From an uncultured bacterium (GTDB taxonomy: Bacteria; Zixibacteria; MSB-5A5; CAIYYT01), in contig CAVPQS010000034.1 in assembly GCA_963707485.1 (NCBI GenBank), forward strand, positions 6,889 through 70,888: a DNA stretch of 64,000 bases, written 5' to 3'. The notes under the pieces were generated by a model. It did no database searches, had not been told where the DNA came from, and worked only from the letters and a program-made list of their open reading frames with translations. The position numbers were made by a program, and so were the translations under genes. The first letter of the stretch is position 1; each line of letters begins with the position of its first letter. Positions 9,831 through 20,398 of this stretch are shown here, piece by piece.

Positions 9831-12058
9831 TGCCCGAAAGATTTAGCAATCCGAATGTCTCGGACAACATAACGCGCTATCGCCTTCCGGTGGGAATGAT
9901 GAATCTCGCCGAGTTCGTTATTCATGTCGAGTCGATGAATGCGAATATCAATATTCCGATCGTGCGCAAGGCATACGAATTTTCGAACTGGGCGCATAAG
10001 GGGCAGAAGCGGGCTTCGGGAGAGCCATATATCGAACACTGCCTGAATGTGGCGTACATTCTGGCGGAGCAACATCTGGACGGGGATACGGTAGCGGCCG
10101 GGCTGTTGCACGATATCGTGGAGGACTGCAACATAGGCGTCGACGAATTAGCACGGGAATTTTCGCCGGAAATTGCGGCGCTGGTTGACGGCGTAACGAA
10201 GCTCGGGCATTATCAGATCAAGAGCCGCGCGGAGAACCAAGCCGACTACTTCCGCAAGATGTTGATCTCGATGGCGAATGATATCCGCGTGATTCTCATT
10301 AAGTTGGCCGACCGTTTGCATAATATGCGTACGCTGGAATACTTGCCGCACGAAAAGCAGATCGTGATTGCGACCGAGACGCGCGATGTATACGCACCGC
10401 TGGCGCACCGGTTTGGAATGGCGAAGATCAAGTGGGAACTGGAGGATCTTTCGCTCAAGTATATCAAGGCGGACGTGTATCGATACTTGATGGAGCGCAT
10501 TGATCTGACGCGGGCCGAGCGCGAAATCTACATCAAGGACTTATGCCAGACATTGACCAAAGCTTTGACGGACGATGGCGTGCAAGTTGAAATCACCGGG
10601 CGCGCAAAGCATTTCGACTCGATATATCGCAAGATGGTTAAGCGTCAGAAGCCATTTGAGGAAATCTACGACCTGATTGCAATCCGCGTGGTGACGCCGA
10701 CGATCAAGGATTGCTATCACGCTCTCGGAGTAATACACAATATGTGGACTCCGGTAGCGGATCGATTCCACGACTATATCGCGACACCGAAGCAGAACAT
10801 GTACCAGTCGCTGCACACGACAGTCGTCGGACCGAACGGGCGCATGGTAGAGATACAGATACGGACGCCTTCCATGCATTATGTCGCCGAGTACGGAATT
10901 GCGGCGCACTGGCTGTACAAAGAGGGAAAGCATGTGCTGGAGGAATCCGACCGTCAACTTTCCTGGCTGCGTGAAGTGCTCGATTGGCAGAAGGACATGA
11001 CCAATGCCGAAGAGTTCATGGAATTTCTCAAGATTGATCTGTTCCACGACGAAGTCTTCGTGTTTACACCGAATGGTGAACTGAAGCATTTGCCGCTCGG
11101 GGCGACGGCGCTTGATTTTGCTTTCGCGGTGCACACCAATGTCGGAGTGCACTGTATCGGCACCAAAGTCAATGGCAGGCTCGTGCCGTTTGAGACTGTG
11201 TTGAAGTCGGGTGACGAGGTAGAAGTTAACACTTCGCCGCATGCGGAGCCTTCGCGCGATTGGCTGAAGATTTGCAAGACGACTTCGGCACGCGCCAAGA
11301 TCCGTAAGTACATGAAGCAGAAGGGCTTTGACGAGTCATACGCTCTCGGCAAAGAGATGTTCGAGCGGTCGGTCAAGAGGCGCAAGTTGAAGTACCCCAG
11401 TGAAGATGAGCTTGTCGATGCCGCGATGGCATTGTCGTTTACATCGTCGGAGCAGATGTTGTCGAAGTTAGGCAGCGGCGATCTCGCGCTATCGAACCTG
11501 ATGTCGAAGCTGTACCCGCAGGAAGAAGAGACGCCCGAGAAGCCTTCAATGATCAAGAAGTTCGTCGATCGCGCGCGCGGCGGCAAGGGGATCAAAGTTG
11601 AGGGAATGGGAAATATGATGTTCCGCTTTGCCAATTGTTGTGCGCCAGTGCCGGGTGAGAAGATCGTCGGATTTATTACGCGCGGACGCGGATTGTCGAT
11701 ACATCGGGCGGACTGCGTCAATGCGATCATAGCGGCGCAGGAGCCGGAGCGGAGAGTTGACGTATCGTGGGATGTCGGCAACGATCAAAGCTTCCTGGTG
11801 CGGCTGGCGATTGTTGTTGAATATCGAAAGAACATACTTTACGATATAACGGAAGTGGTGGCCAACTGCGATGCCGAAGTGCGGGGCGCCGAGCTGTCTT
11901 CGAAGGAAGCAATTGCAGTGGGTCATTTTGTAATTGAGATCAAGAACATCAGCCACCTGAATCGCGTGATTGCGGCGATAGGAAAGAAAGTTCCGGGCGT
12001 CGTAAAGATTGATCGCGTTTTTGGCGGCGAAACGGAGCAGAGCGATAACAATGAGTAG
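9830..12058 (+). CDS. rel: Bifunctional (p)ppGpp synthetase/hydrolase, long RSH
   Basis: HD hydrolase (LLHDIVED), synthetase (RAKHFDSIYRKM, YQSLHT, EIQIRT), TGS, CC and ACT domains. Confidence 0.96.
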   Translation: MPERFSNPNVSDNITRYRLPVGMMNLAEFVIHVESMNANINIPIVRKAYEFSNWAHKGQKRASGEPYIEHCLNVAYILAEQHLDGDTVAAGLLHDIVEDCNIGVDELAREFSPEIAALVDGVTKLGHYQIKSRAENQADYFRKMLISMANDIRVILIKLADRLHNMRTLEYLPHEKQIVIATETRDVYAPLAHRFGMAKIKWELEDLSLKYIKADVYRYLMERIDLTRAEREIYIKDLCQTLTKALTDDGVQVEITGRAKHFDSIYRKMVKRQKPFEEIYDLIAIRVVTPTIKDCYHALGVIHNMWTPVADRFHDYIATPKQNMYQSLHTTVVGPNGRMVEIQIRTPSMHYVAEYGIAAHWLYKEGKHVLEESDRQLSWLREVLDWQKDMTNAEEFMEFLKIDLFHDEVFVFTPNGELKHLPLGATALDFAFAVHTNVGVHCIGTKVNGRLVPFETVLKSGDEVEVNTSPHAEPSRDWLKICKTTSARAKIRKYMKQKGFDESYALGKEMFERSVKRRKLKYPSEDELVDAAMALSFTSSEQMLSKLGSGDLALSNLMSKLYPQEEETPEKPSMIKKFVDRARGGKGIKVEGMGNMMFRFANCCAPVPGEKIVGFITRGRGLSIHRADCVNAIIAAQEPERRVDVSWDVGNDQSFLVRLAIVVEYRKNILYDITEVVANCDAEVRGAELSSKEAIAVGHFVIEIKNISHLNRVIAAIGKKVPGVVKIDRVFGGETEQSDNNE

Positions 12059-12701
12059 TATTCCATCCGACAAGTGTCCGCGTTGCTCCGCGCCGCGCAG
12101 CAGCGAGCACAAATTCTGTCCGCACTGCGGCGCCAATTACGAAGCCGTCTTGCGGGTAAAGCGGTCGCGGCCCAAGAAGGAGGCTGCCCGGAGCCGGCGC
12201 TGGGAATATGCGGCGATTATCGGCGTGATCATAATAGTGGCGGTCGCTTACAATGTGTATGTAGCGGCAAAGAAGAATACGGCGCCGGTGAATACTCCGC
12301 AGCAACAACAACAGTCATTGCAGTCGACGGTACAGCCGCCACTGGGCAACAATTTTGACGAGATCGTCAAGAGCGGTCATGGATTTATGGACAACGGCGC
12401 GTTTCCGATGGCGATCAGTCAATATGAACGCGCGCTGGCGATTGATTCGCTGCATCCGGACATAATGGTTGATTTGGGCGCTTGCTATCATTCGCTCGGC
12501 GAGAATGACGAGGCGATGTTTCAATTCCGCCGGGCGCTGGCGATAGAACCACATCACGCGATTGCGTTGTTTAATATGGGTGTTGTCACGCTTGGCCTGG
12601 CCGACACGGTTGAAGCGAAGAAGTGGTGGACGAAGTTTATCGAGGTGGCACCCGAGAACCCGCAAGCGGAGATGATTCGGAAACAACTTCAGTCCCTGTA
12701 A
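12051..12701 (+). CDS. Zinc-ribbon + transmembrane + TPR protein
   Basis: CPRC...FCPHCG ribbon, one hydrophobic helix, a Gln-rich linker, then about three TPR repeats. ATG 12051. Confidence 0.75.
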   Translation: MSSIPSDKCPRCSAPRSSEHKFCPHCGANYEAVLRVKRSRPKKEAARSRRWEYAAIIGVIIIVAVAYNVYVAAKKNTAPVNTPQQQQQSLQSTVQPPLGNNFDEIVKSGHGFMDNGAFPMAISQYERALAIDSLHPDIMVDLGACYHSLGENDEAMFQFRRALAIEPHHAIALFNMGVVTLGLADTVEAKKWWTKFIEVAPENPQAEMIRKQLQSL

Positions 12702-12706
12702 GGACT

Positions 12707-13495
12707 TTGACTACAGTCCACGATTTTAGATTCAGGCGGCTGCTGCGTGATCTGCTTGATTTTGTCTACCCACCGGTGTGCCAGATTTGCCGCCAAACGT
12801 TCGAGAGCGAGGACGACAATATATGGATCTGCCCGGCTTGCTCCTCGACACTGGAAATCCTGACGCAGCCGCATTGCCCGATTTGCCGAAACATTCTACC
12901 TGATCCTGAAAAACACTGTAGCGGCTGCCGAAAGCCGACTTTACTCAAGTGGGTATTTTCGCTGGGAATTTATGACGGCCACTTCTCGCACTTAATCAAA
13001 GCGTTCAAATACGAGGGAAAGGTCGAACTGGGCAAAATGCTGGGCGACCGGTTGGGCGAACAGTTGGCGAGGTTGCCGCATTCTTCGAGAATCAACGCGG
13101 TATGCGCTGTGCCGATTCACAAGAAGAAGGAGTCGCGGCGCGGGTTCAATCAAACAGAGATTGTGGCGGCGCGGGTGGCGCGGGCGCTGAATTGCGAATT
13201 CCTGCCGGATGCTCTGGAGCAGACGCGGCGGAACCTGGACCAGATTGGGCTGTCCGTGGAAGAGCGGTATCACAATGTCCGGGGAATTTTTGACTGTCCG
13301 GAGCCGGAGGTGATTATGGGGAAGGAAGTTCTGCTGGTTGACGACGTGACGACTTCGGGCGCGACGCTAAATTCTGCGGCGGTGACGCTGATCGGCGCGG
13401 GCGCCAAGAGCGTTGCGGCGGCAACGATTGCGATGGCGCTTGAAGACGGACTCGAGCCACATGCGCTGTACGCGCTGATGAATGAAGAGTTTTGA
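12707..13495 (+). CDS. comF: ComF family protein (double zinc ribbon + phosphoribosyltransferase-like)
   Basis: YPPVCQIC, CPAC, CPIC, CSGC, RGFNQ and LLVDDVTTSGATL motifs. Start uncertain (TTG 12707). Confidence 0.88.
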   Translation: MTTVHDFRFRRLLRDLLDFVYPPVCQICRQTFESEDDNIWICPACSSTLEILTQPHCPICRNILPDPEKHCSGCRKPTLLKWVFSLGIYDGHFSHLIKAFKYEGKVELGKMLGDRLGEQLARLPHSSRINAVCAVPIHKKKESRRGFNQTEIVAARVARALNCEFLPDALEQTRRNLDQIGLSVEERYHNVRGIFDCPEPEVIMGKEVLLVDDVTTSGATLNSAAVTLIGAGAKSVAAATIAMALEDGLEPHALYALMNEEF

Positions 13496-14408
13496 GATGC
13501 AGGAGGAAATCGGCCTGTTCTTGAATCATATTGCGCTGGAGAAAAATCTCAAACACAACAGCATTGTGTCATACAAAAACGACTTGGACCAATTGGCAGA
13601 GTTTGCCGGGACGCTGGGGATTACTTCGTGGCGGGAATTTAATACGCGGGCGATTATTTCTTACCTTGGATATGCCAGTTCGCTCGGTCTGTCGGCAACG
13701 TCGATCTCGCGGCGAATGTCGTCGCTGCGGGGATTCTTCCGATTCATGGTGCGGGAGCGGATAATATCTTCAAATCCGGCGCTGCATATCGAGTCGCCGA
13801 GGATTTATCGGAGCCTGCCGGTAGTCATGTCGCAACCGGAGGTCGAGCGGATATTGTCGGCGATTGATGTGAAGGAGAAATTCGGGCTTCGGGACCGAGC
13901 GGCGCTGGAGGTGCTGTACAGTTCCGGTTTGCGGATTTCAGAACTGATTAATTTGACGGTTGCGAACTTGTTTCTTGAAGTTGGCCATATACGAGTGGTC
14001 GGAAAAGGCGGCAAGGAGCGGATTGTTCCGATCGGCGAGGAGGCGGTGGAGTTTGTGCGGCGCTACCTCGACCAGGAGCGCCCGCAGATTGCGAAGGATG
14101 ATTCTCGCGACGTGTTGATACTCAATCGCTTCGGCCGCAAACTATCAAGCATGGGGATGTTCAATCTCGTTCGGAAGCGTGTTAAGGCGGCTGGAATAAC
14201 AAAACACGTGACGCCGCATACTTTTCGCCACAGCTTTGCGAGCCATCTTGTCGATGGCGGCGCCTCTCTGCGGGCGGTACAGGAAATGCTCGGCCATGCC
14301 GATATAAGTACTACACAGATCTACACGCAACTCGATAGATCGTACTTAAAATCTGTGCATCGAGAGTTCCATCCGCGCGAGAGGAAACATCGTGACCACG
14401 ACTGTTGA
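13482..14408 (+). CDS. xerD: Chromosomal tyrosine recombinase XerD
   Basis: RDRAALEVLYSSGLRISEL, GKGGKERIVP, TPHTFRHSFASHL and QEMLGHADISTTQIYT motifs; R-H-R-H-Y catalytic set complete. Confidence 0.93.
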   Translation: MKSFEMQEEIGLFLNHIALEKNLKHNSIVSYKNDLDQLAEFAGTLGITSWREFNTRAIISYLGYASSLGLSATSISRRMSSLRGFFRFMVRERIISSNPALHIESPRIYRSLPVVMSQPEVERILSAIDVKEKFGLRDRAALEVLYSSGLRISELINLTVANLFLEVGHIRVVGKGGKERIVPIGEEAVEFVRRYLDQERPQIAKDDSRDVLILNRFGRKLSSMGMFNLVRKRVKAAGITKHVTPHTFRHSFASHLVDGGASLRAVQEMLGHADISTTQIYTQLDRSYLKSVHREFHPRERKHRDHDC

Positions 14409-15384
14409 TAAACAGAACATTTTTGTTCAAGCTCCGAAACCTCGCTTACAACATCCGGCAAAAAACTGCATCGCGCTATATGATGAAGTCGGGAGTGCGG
14501 CGTCGCTAATTCTCGGCGTGCCGGGCTGGCAAGACACGATTATTTTTAAGTTCCAGGAGATGAACGACTTGTTCAAGCTGACGCATCGCCACCAAATCGA
14601 CTTCATTCTGATCAGCGTTGATAAGAGCCTTGAGGACGCAGTCAAGTTGGTGCGGCAGATCGATTCGCATATGGCGCTGGCGACGGCTCCGACGATTATT
14701 TACCACAAGAATCCGACGCGCGAGCAAATAAAGCTGGGGCTGTCTTCGGTGGCGGATGATTATCTCTGGGGCGAATGGGACGGCGAGTTGTTCCAATTGC
14801 GGGTGAAGATGATTCGCGAGCGGACGCAGCGCGATATCGGGGTGAATCCGACTTCGCAATTACCGGGTCCGATATTGATTGAGCAAGAGATCAGCAACCG
14901 ATTGGCGGCGCACCAGGAATTTGCGGTGTGCTATCTGGACATCGACAATTTCAAGGCTTATAACGATTATCGCGGATATGTCTATGGCGACCGCGCCATC
15001 CGGCTGGTGGCGCACATAATTCGCGATGTCGTATCGGATTTGTCTCCGACGAGTTTTGTCGGCCATATCGGGGGAGATGATTTTTTGTTTTTGCTGCCGC
15101 TGGAGCAAGTCGATCAGGTATGCTCGAACATCATTAAGATATTTGACCGGATCATTCCGTCGCGATATGAAGAGGACGACCGAAACCGCCGGCAGATCAT
15201 TTCGACAAATCGCCGCGGCGAGAAGGAGGTTTACGGTTTGATGACGATATCCATCGCCGTGCTGATCGCCAACAATGCGTTCAAGCATCTCGGCGAGATG
15301 TCGCATATGCTGGCTGATCTCAAGAGCTATATCAAGTCATTGACAGGATCAAATTACGTAATCGAGCGCCGCAAGAAATACTAA
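14392..15384 (+). CDS. Diguanylate cyclase: atypical receiver-like domain + GGDEF domain
   Basis: YLDIDNFKAYND...GD and GHIGGDDF motifs. N-terminal alpha/beta REC-like domain. Confidence 0.85.
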   Translation: MTTTVDKQNIFVQAPKPRLQHPAKNCIALYDEVGSAASLILGVPGWQDTIIFKFQEMNDLFKLTHRHQIDFILISVDKSLEDAVKLVRQIDSHMALATAPTIIYHKNPTREQIKLGLSSVADDYLWGEWDGELFQLRVKMIRERTQRDIGVNPTSQLPGPILIEQEISNRLAAHQEFAVCYLDIDNFKAYNDYRGYVYGDRAIRLVAHIIRDVVSDLSPTSFVGHIGGDDFLFLLPLEQVDQVCSNIIKIFDRIIPSRYEEDDRNRRQIISTNRRGEKEVYGLMTISIAVLIANNAFKHLGEMSHMLADLKSYIKSLTGSNYVIERRKKY

Positions 15385-15387
15385 CGG

Positions 15388-17544
15388 TTAGTGCAACAAT
15401 CGCAAAAGGGCGTCCTGCGCCTGGCGATCTGCCGGATCAATCTTCAAGACAGCTTCAAAGCTTAATCGCGCCGAATCGAGCATATTCGTTTGTGCAAAGA
15501 GAATGGCGAGATTCATGTGCGCCTGCTTGAGGTCGGGTTTGATTTCGATTGCGCGCTTGTAGTGGCCGCGAGCGCCTGAGAAGTCGCGCTCAGCCAGGAG
15601 GATGTTGGCGAGGTTGACATGGCCGGTCGCGTAGTTGTTGTCGATAGCCAGTGATTTTTCAAGGAGGGCTTTGGCGTCGGCATTACGATCCTGTTTTAGG
15701 TAGAGATTCGCCAGGGCGTTGTAAAGCGCGGGAAAACGGGGAGAATTCATAATTCCCTGCTGGAGCACTGCTTCGGCGGCAGGAGCATTGCCGCGTTTCA
15801 AATGAATGTCGCCCAGGTTGAGATACGTTTGCGCCAACGTCGGTTCAATTTCGCGGGCGCGACCGATATAGTATTGGGCGGAGTCGAGTTGGCCGTCATT
15901 CAAGAACAGCAGACCAAGATTGGATAATGCGTCGGAATAATTCGGCCGCGAGGCAATTGCGCGATGGTAGATTTGATAGGCGCCGGCTTTGTCGCCGCTA
16001 CGTGCAAGCGCGTAGCCGAGGTTATTCATGGCTTCGGGCAGCGGTTGATAGGTGAGGGCCTCACGATAGGCCGCGATTGCACCGGGGAGGTCGCCCTGCT
16101 TTTCGAGGACCATGCCGCGCTGGTAATGGAATTGTGTCGGGTTGTCATAGCCGAGGTCGAACCAATTGTGATTGAGAAGCAGCAACAAGAGAACAAATGC
16201 GGATAGGGGCAAAGTCAGGCGGCGGTAATCGGAGGCTCGAATGGACTTGAATGTCCGCTCGATTGCGAGTGCGGCAAATAGAATTAGTATGACGATGACT
16301 GCCAGCCGGTGACGCGCGGTGACCAGGAACAAGATTACGGTAGGGATGTAGCCGATTATGAAAATGTAGAGCAGAGCCAAGCGGCGGCGTTCGCGCCATG
16401 CCATAACAAGGCCGACAATCGACAACGGCGCGACAATGCCAAAGGGGAATTTAACGCCGAAATTCCAGATCAGCGATCGCAAGACGGGCGAGTATTCGCG
16501 AAAGCGATAGATATCGGCTTGGTCCGAATTTTCGAAGCCGGAGAAGAGGTAGACCAGGCGCTTTCCGGTGAGAGATAGAAATTGCAGCGGATTTGCGAAA
16601 ATGTAATCCTTCGCGCGGCTGTTCCAAAAGGCGGAGGACTCTGACGGTTTGAGCGACTTGCCGGATGACGATTCCGCGAAGTGATGGGTGGTATCGACAA
16701 AGTCGGACCAGGGGATCGCGAGATTCAGGTGAATCTCCGGCATCACCATGGTGAGGCCATCTGCCTGCGGGTTGTTGGCGAGATGAAAGTTGACGCCGCC
16801 TTGCGATGAGATGAGCACAAAATCGTCGCCGACCACATAGTTGCGCACAGTGACCGGCAAGATGCAGAGAATGACACCGAGTGTGAAAGCGAGGGCGGCG
16901 AAAATTCGAGTGCGCGATCGCAGCGAGCTTCGATTTTGGAGCAGGAGCCAAAGGGCGATGAGAGGGTAGACGACCAGAATGTTGGGGCGGGCAATGGCGG
17001 AGAGCCCGCCAAGGATGCCGGCGAAAAAGACGGCGCGGATTGTCAGCCTGGATTGATGCTTGAGCAGAACGAGCAGCATCGCCAGCGCCAACAATATGGC
17101 GAGCCACTCGATGAGAAGTTCGGATTCATAGAAGACGATTGGTCCGTAGAATGCGGCGATTACGGCGGCGATGCGACCGGTTTGTTCAGTGAATGCGATT
17201 CTGCCGAGCTGATAGATCAGCACGCAAATAAATGCGCCGCCGATTGCCTGGACTATTTTTGCCGCGAAAGTGCTGACGCCGAAGATTGCATATATCAAAG
17301 CGAGAAAGTAGGGGTAGAGCGGTCCGCGGAAGTAGACCTCGGCGCCCCAGAAGTTGTTTTTGAGAATATCAATGGCCCAGAGGTGGTGCCAGAGCGAATC
17401 GACCTGCGGGAAGTAAAACGCGGGATCGTTCTGTGACAGAAAGATCAAATTGGCGACACGTATGAAAAGCGCAACGCCAAAGATGATCAACAACCATTTG
17501 CCGTTTTCAGAGCGAAGTGTTGATGGCTTCAGTTCAGTTGGCAT
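15388..17544 (-). CDS. GT-C (PMT_2/ArnT-like) membrane glycosyltransferase with C-terminal TPR array
   Basis: Multi-TM N-terminus with first-loop DSLWH and RGPLYPYFLA, ARPN motif, about seven TPR repeats. Start moved to ATG 17544. Confidence 0.75.
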   Translation of the reverse strand: MPTELKPSTLRSENGKWLLIIFGVALFIRVANLIFLSQNDPAFYFPQVDSLWHHLWAIDILKNNFWGAEVYFRGPLYPYFLALIYAIFGVSTFAAKIVQAIGGAFICVLIYQLGRIAFTEQTGRIAAVIAAFYGPIVFYESELLIEWLAILLALAMLLVLLKHQSRLTIRAVFFAGILGGLSAIARPNILVVYPLIALWLLLQNRSSLRSRTRIFAALAFTLGVILCILPVTVRNYVVGDDFVLISSQGGVNFHLANNPQADGLTMVMPEIHLNLAIPWSDFVDTTHHFAESSSGKSLKPSESSAFWNSRAKDYIFANPLQFLSLTGKRLVYLFSGFENSDQADIYRFREYSPVLRSLIWNFGVKFPFGIVAPLSIVGLVMAWRERRRLALLYIFIIGYIPTVILFLVTARHRLAVIVILILFAALAIERTFKSIRASDYRRLTLPLSAFVLLLLLLNHNWFDLGYDNPTQFHYQRGMVLEKQGDLPGAIAAYREALTYQPLPEAMNNLGYALARSGDKAGAYQIYHRAIASRPNYSDALSNLGLLFLNDGQLDSAQYYIGRAREIEPTLAQTYLNLGDIHLKRGNAPAAEAVLQQGIMNSPRFPALYNALANLYLKQDRNADAKALLEKSLAIDNNYATGHVNLANILLAERDFSGARGHYKRAIEIKPDLKQAHMNLAILFAQTNMLDSARLSFEAVLKIDPADRQAQDALLRLLH

Positions 17545-17701
17545 AAGGCGACGATAAACGCACAGCAAGTGCGATGATTACACCGGGAGCGCATCATTGG
17601 CGGCCAAACCCTGCTGAAAGAGCGCCGCGACTTGTGCGCGCGAGTGGCGGACGAAACATTCGTCTCTTCATGCGAGTCCTTGGAAGACCTTATCTCGCAT
17701 A

Positions 17702-19993
17702 TTAATTTGCGTCAGTCCTGCCGTTGCTTTTCTTGGCAGCAACAGAAAAGAGGAAGATGACCAACGCCGCAAACGGTATGAGCGCCCATAAGTCGCTGTT
17801 TGCCCAGGGGCCGAGCCAGTGCGACTTATCAAAGATCGTTTCCCAACCAAGTATGTAAAAGATCGCCTGAGTTAAGCCAGCAATAGCGCCGCCGGCAATC
17901 AGCCCGCTGGCTAAGAGAACACCCGGTGAAAATTCAGCTTCGGCGCCCCCCGCACTCTTGCTCTTGCGATCAGCCAACCAACGGACAATTCCGCCGATAA
18001 AGATCGGTGTCGAGGTGGAAATCGGCAAATACAGCCCGACCGCAAAAGGCAGCGCCGACACACCGACCAACTCCATGATTAGAGCGAGGGCGATTCCGAT
18101 GAGTACCAGCGCCCACGGGAGCTTGCGAGTCAAGATTCCGTCTATTATGAGGCTAAAGAGACGAGCCTTGGGGGCATCATATTTTGAAATTGGCGCCAAG
18201 CGATGAGACAGCGCTCCCGTTGAATCGACGAGGTAGGTACCTGCGGGAACACCCGTCCGCTCTTCGCCTAGCGTTAGAATCTTCTGCGGACCGTCCGCAG
18301 TCAGGAAAGTTGCGGCAGTATCCGGCAGAGGCCCACTCTGGAAGTTGCGAAACGGGGGGTCAGTTACGCGTTCCGCCCGCCAGAGATCTGAGCCGCAGAC
18401 TCCGGGATCAATCAAGTATACGATTTTGCCTGCATCATTGACCAGGTAGCGTCCCGTCGGCACACTATCGGTCAGCTCCGGAATCGAGATCTGCCTGAAA
18501 GTCTTACCATCATATTCGACGAGCCTGGCATCTGCCGGGACCGCTGCCGTGAAATGAGGATAATTGCGCGCCGAGTAGGTCGTCATTGCCTGATTCAGCG
18601 ACAACAGTGTCCAGCCGATGACGATTGAACTCGTCGCGACACCGATGATAATACCAATTTGCTGTCGCGAAGGCGTAGCGCCAAGGAGAAAGCCGGTTTT
18701 CAAGTCCTGCGAGATTGTCCCGCCATTCGAGGCAGCCACACAGACGATTGCAGCGGTGGTCAAAGCCATAACGCGATAGTCAATCGTTGTCCAGTCCACA
18801 ACCAGGAAGAGCAGGCAAGTGATTAGCAGCGTGGCAACTGTCATGCCGGAAATCGGGTTGGATGAGGAGCCGATTTCACCGGTAATTCGACTTGAGACTG
18901 TTACAAAGAAGAACCCAAAAACAACGATCAATGCTGAGGGAACGAACTTGATGTTCAGAATTGGAGCCGCCCATATAGCGGCAACCAAAAGGATACAGCC
19001 GCCGAGGACATAGGTCATCGGAATATCGCGTTCGGTGCGGATGACTGTCGATTGCGCAGCCCGTTGCCGAGACCCCAGCGATCCCAAACCGCGCTTGAAT
19101 GCGCCGATGATTGAGGGAATCGAACGGACCAGACTAATAATTCCGCCAGTGGCGACCGCGCCCGCTCCGATGTAGAGCACGTAGGCGTTGCGAATGGCGC
19201 CCGGACTCATATCCCTGATCAGTGTAGTTGATTCAGGAAAGACGGCGCCCGTTAACCCCTCGCCGAATGCCTTGATCAATGGAATGATGACGATAAACGC
19301 CAAGCAACCACCCGCCATCATATTGGACGCAGTTTTAATTCCGATGATATATCCAACGCCGAGCATTGTCGGCGCTACTTCCGCCGATATCGAAGCGCCC
19401 TTGAAGAAGTTAATTGTCCAATCGGAAGTCTCTTTCCACCAGCGCACGATCAGGTTAAGGAATCCGAACACAAACCCGACGCCGCCTCCCAGGAATACGG
19501 TCTTTGCCGACGTTCCGCCCTTCTCGCCGGCGATCAAGACTTCTGCGCAAGCAGTTCCCTCCGGATAGGTGATCTTGCCGTGTTCTTCCACGATCAGCCC
19601 ATGGCGCAGGGGGATCATCATGAGTACACCGAGCGTGCCGCCGAGCAGCGCGACCAGCAGGATACGGAACAACTCCAAGTCCTGGCCCATCAGGAGCAAT
19701 GACGGCAAAGTGAAAGCCACTCCGGCGGCAATCGACTCGCCTGCAGAACCAATGGTTTGGACCATGTTGTTTTCGAGTATCGTCGCCTTGCCGAAAGCCC
19801 GGAAAATAGTTACCGACAATACCGCTATCGGAATCGATGCAGACACGGTTAGCCCGACTTTGAGGCCCAGGTACACCGAGGAAGCGGCGAATAAAATCCC
19901 CAGTATGGATCCGAGGATAATTCCGCGGAGGGTCATCTCATTTATAGATTGCTCTGGAGCAATATATGGCGTGTGCTTTACTCTTTGTTCCAT
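17702..19993 (-). CDS. OPT-family oligopeptide transporter
   Basis: [47 protein letters not shown] and QDLKTG motifs. GGAGG RBS. Confidence 0.93.
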   Translation of the reverse strand: MEQRVKHTPYIAPEQSINEMTLRGIILGSILGILFAASSVYLGLKVGLTVSASIPIAVLSVTIFRAFGKATILENNMVQTIGSAGESIAAGVAFTLPSLLLMGQDLELFRILLVALLGGTLGVLMMIPLRHGLIVEEHGKITYPEGTACAEVLIAGEKGGTSAKTVFLGGGVGFVFGFLNLIVRWWKETSDWTINFFKGASISAEVAPTMLGVGYIIGIKTASNMMAGGCLAFIVIIPLIKAFGEGLTGAVFPESTTLIRDMSPGAIRNAYVLYIGAGAVATGGIISLVRSIPSIIGAFKRGLGSLGSRQRAAQSTVIRTERDIPMTYVLGGCILLVAAIWAAPILNIKFVPSALIVVFGFFFVTVSSRITGEIGSSSNPISGMTVATLLITCLLFLVVDWTTIDYRVMALTTAAIVCVAASNGGTISQDLKTGFLLGATPSRQQIGIIIGVATSSIVIGWTLLSLNQAMTTYSARNYPHFTAAVPADARLVEYDGKTFRQISIPELTDSVPTGRYLVNDAGKIVYLIDPGVCGSDLWRAERVTDPPFRNFQSGPLPDTAATFLTADGPQKILTLGEERTGVPAGTYLVDSTGALSHRLAPISKYDAPKARLFSLIIDGILTRKLPWALVLIGIALALIMELVGVSALPFAVGLYLPISTSTPIFIGGIVRWLADRKSKSAGGAEAEFSPGVLLASGLIAGGAIAGLTQAIFYILGWETIFDKSHWLGPWANSDLWALIPFAALVIFLFSVAAKKSNGRTDAN

Positions 19994-20398
19994 ATTCGGT
20001 GTCCTCCTAGTGTGGTCTCAAACTGTATGAAATGACATCTCGGGCTCTTGTCAAGATTTGTATTGATATGTTGCTCTTTAGCGCCTTGGTTTCGATTCCA
20101 TCAGCACGCTTGACAGATTCGATCTAATTGAGCAACAGTTCGGGGGCGCTGAGTCTCACTGCCGGCCGGCTTGAACAACTGGAAGAACAGATACATGGCC
20201 GTTTTGGTCGACGCGATTAGCTTCAGCCAAGTGATCCTCCTGCGGAATGATTTTGCGTTTGTCGAAATTACTAACTGCCGCTGTTCAAGTCAAGGCAATT
20301 TGCGGCATAGGCAAGATCGGAGATTATTGTTTCACTCGGAGCCCGATTCAAGTATTCTGATGAAATCATGATATTGATTTCTTTGATTCAAGTGGCGC

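Noticed and set aside
10541-12136. Long minus-strand ORFs (233, 275 and 196 aa) opposite rel
   Set aside because: Antisense shadows typical of GC-rich coding DNA, with no protein-like features.
12298-12315. CAG/CAA run as a contingency repeat
   Set aside because: It encodes an in-frame poly-Gln linker with mixed codons and cannot cause phase variation by frameshift.
13482-14408. Tyrosine recombinase as a prophage or island integrase
   Set aside because: It has XerD-type motifs, overlaps housekeeping neighbours on both sides, and no att repeats, tRNA or phage genes are visible.
20078-20230. Second selenoprotein by reading through TGA 20156-20158 of the short ORF
   Set aside because: The extended 50-aa product has no recognisable redox motif or family, and I saw no convincing SECIS hairpin.
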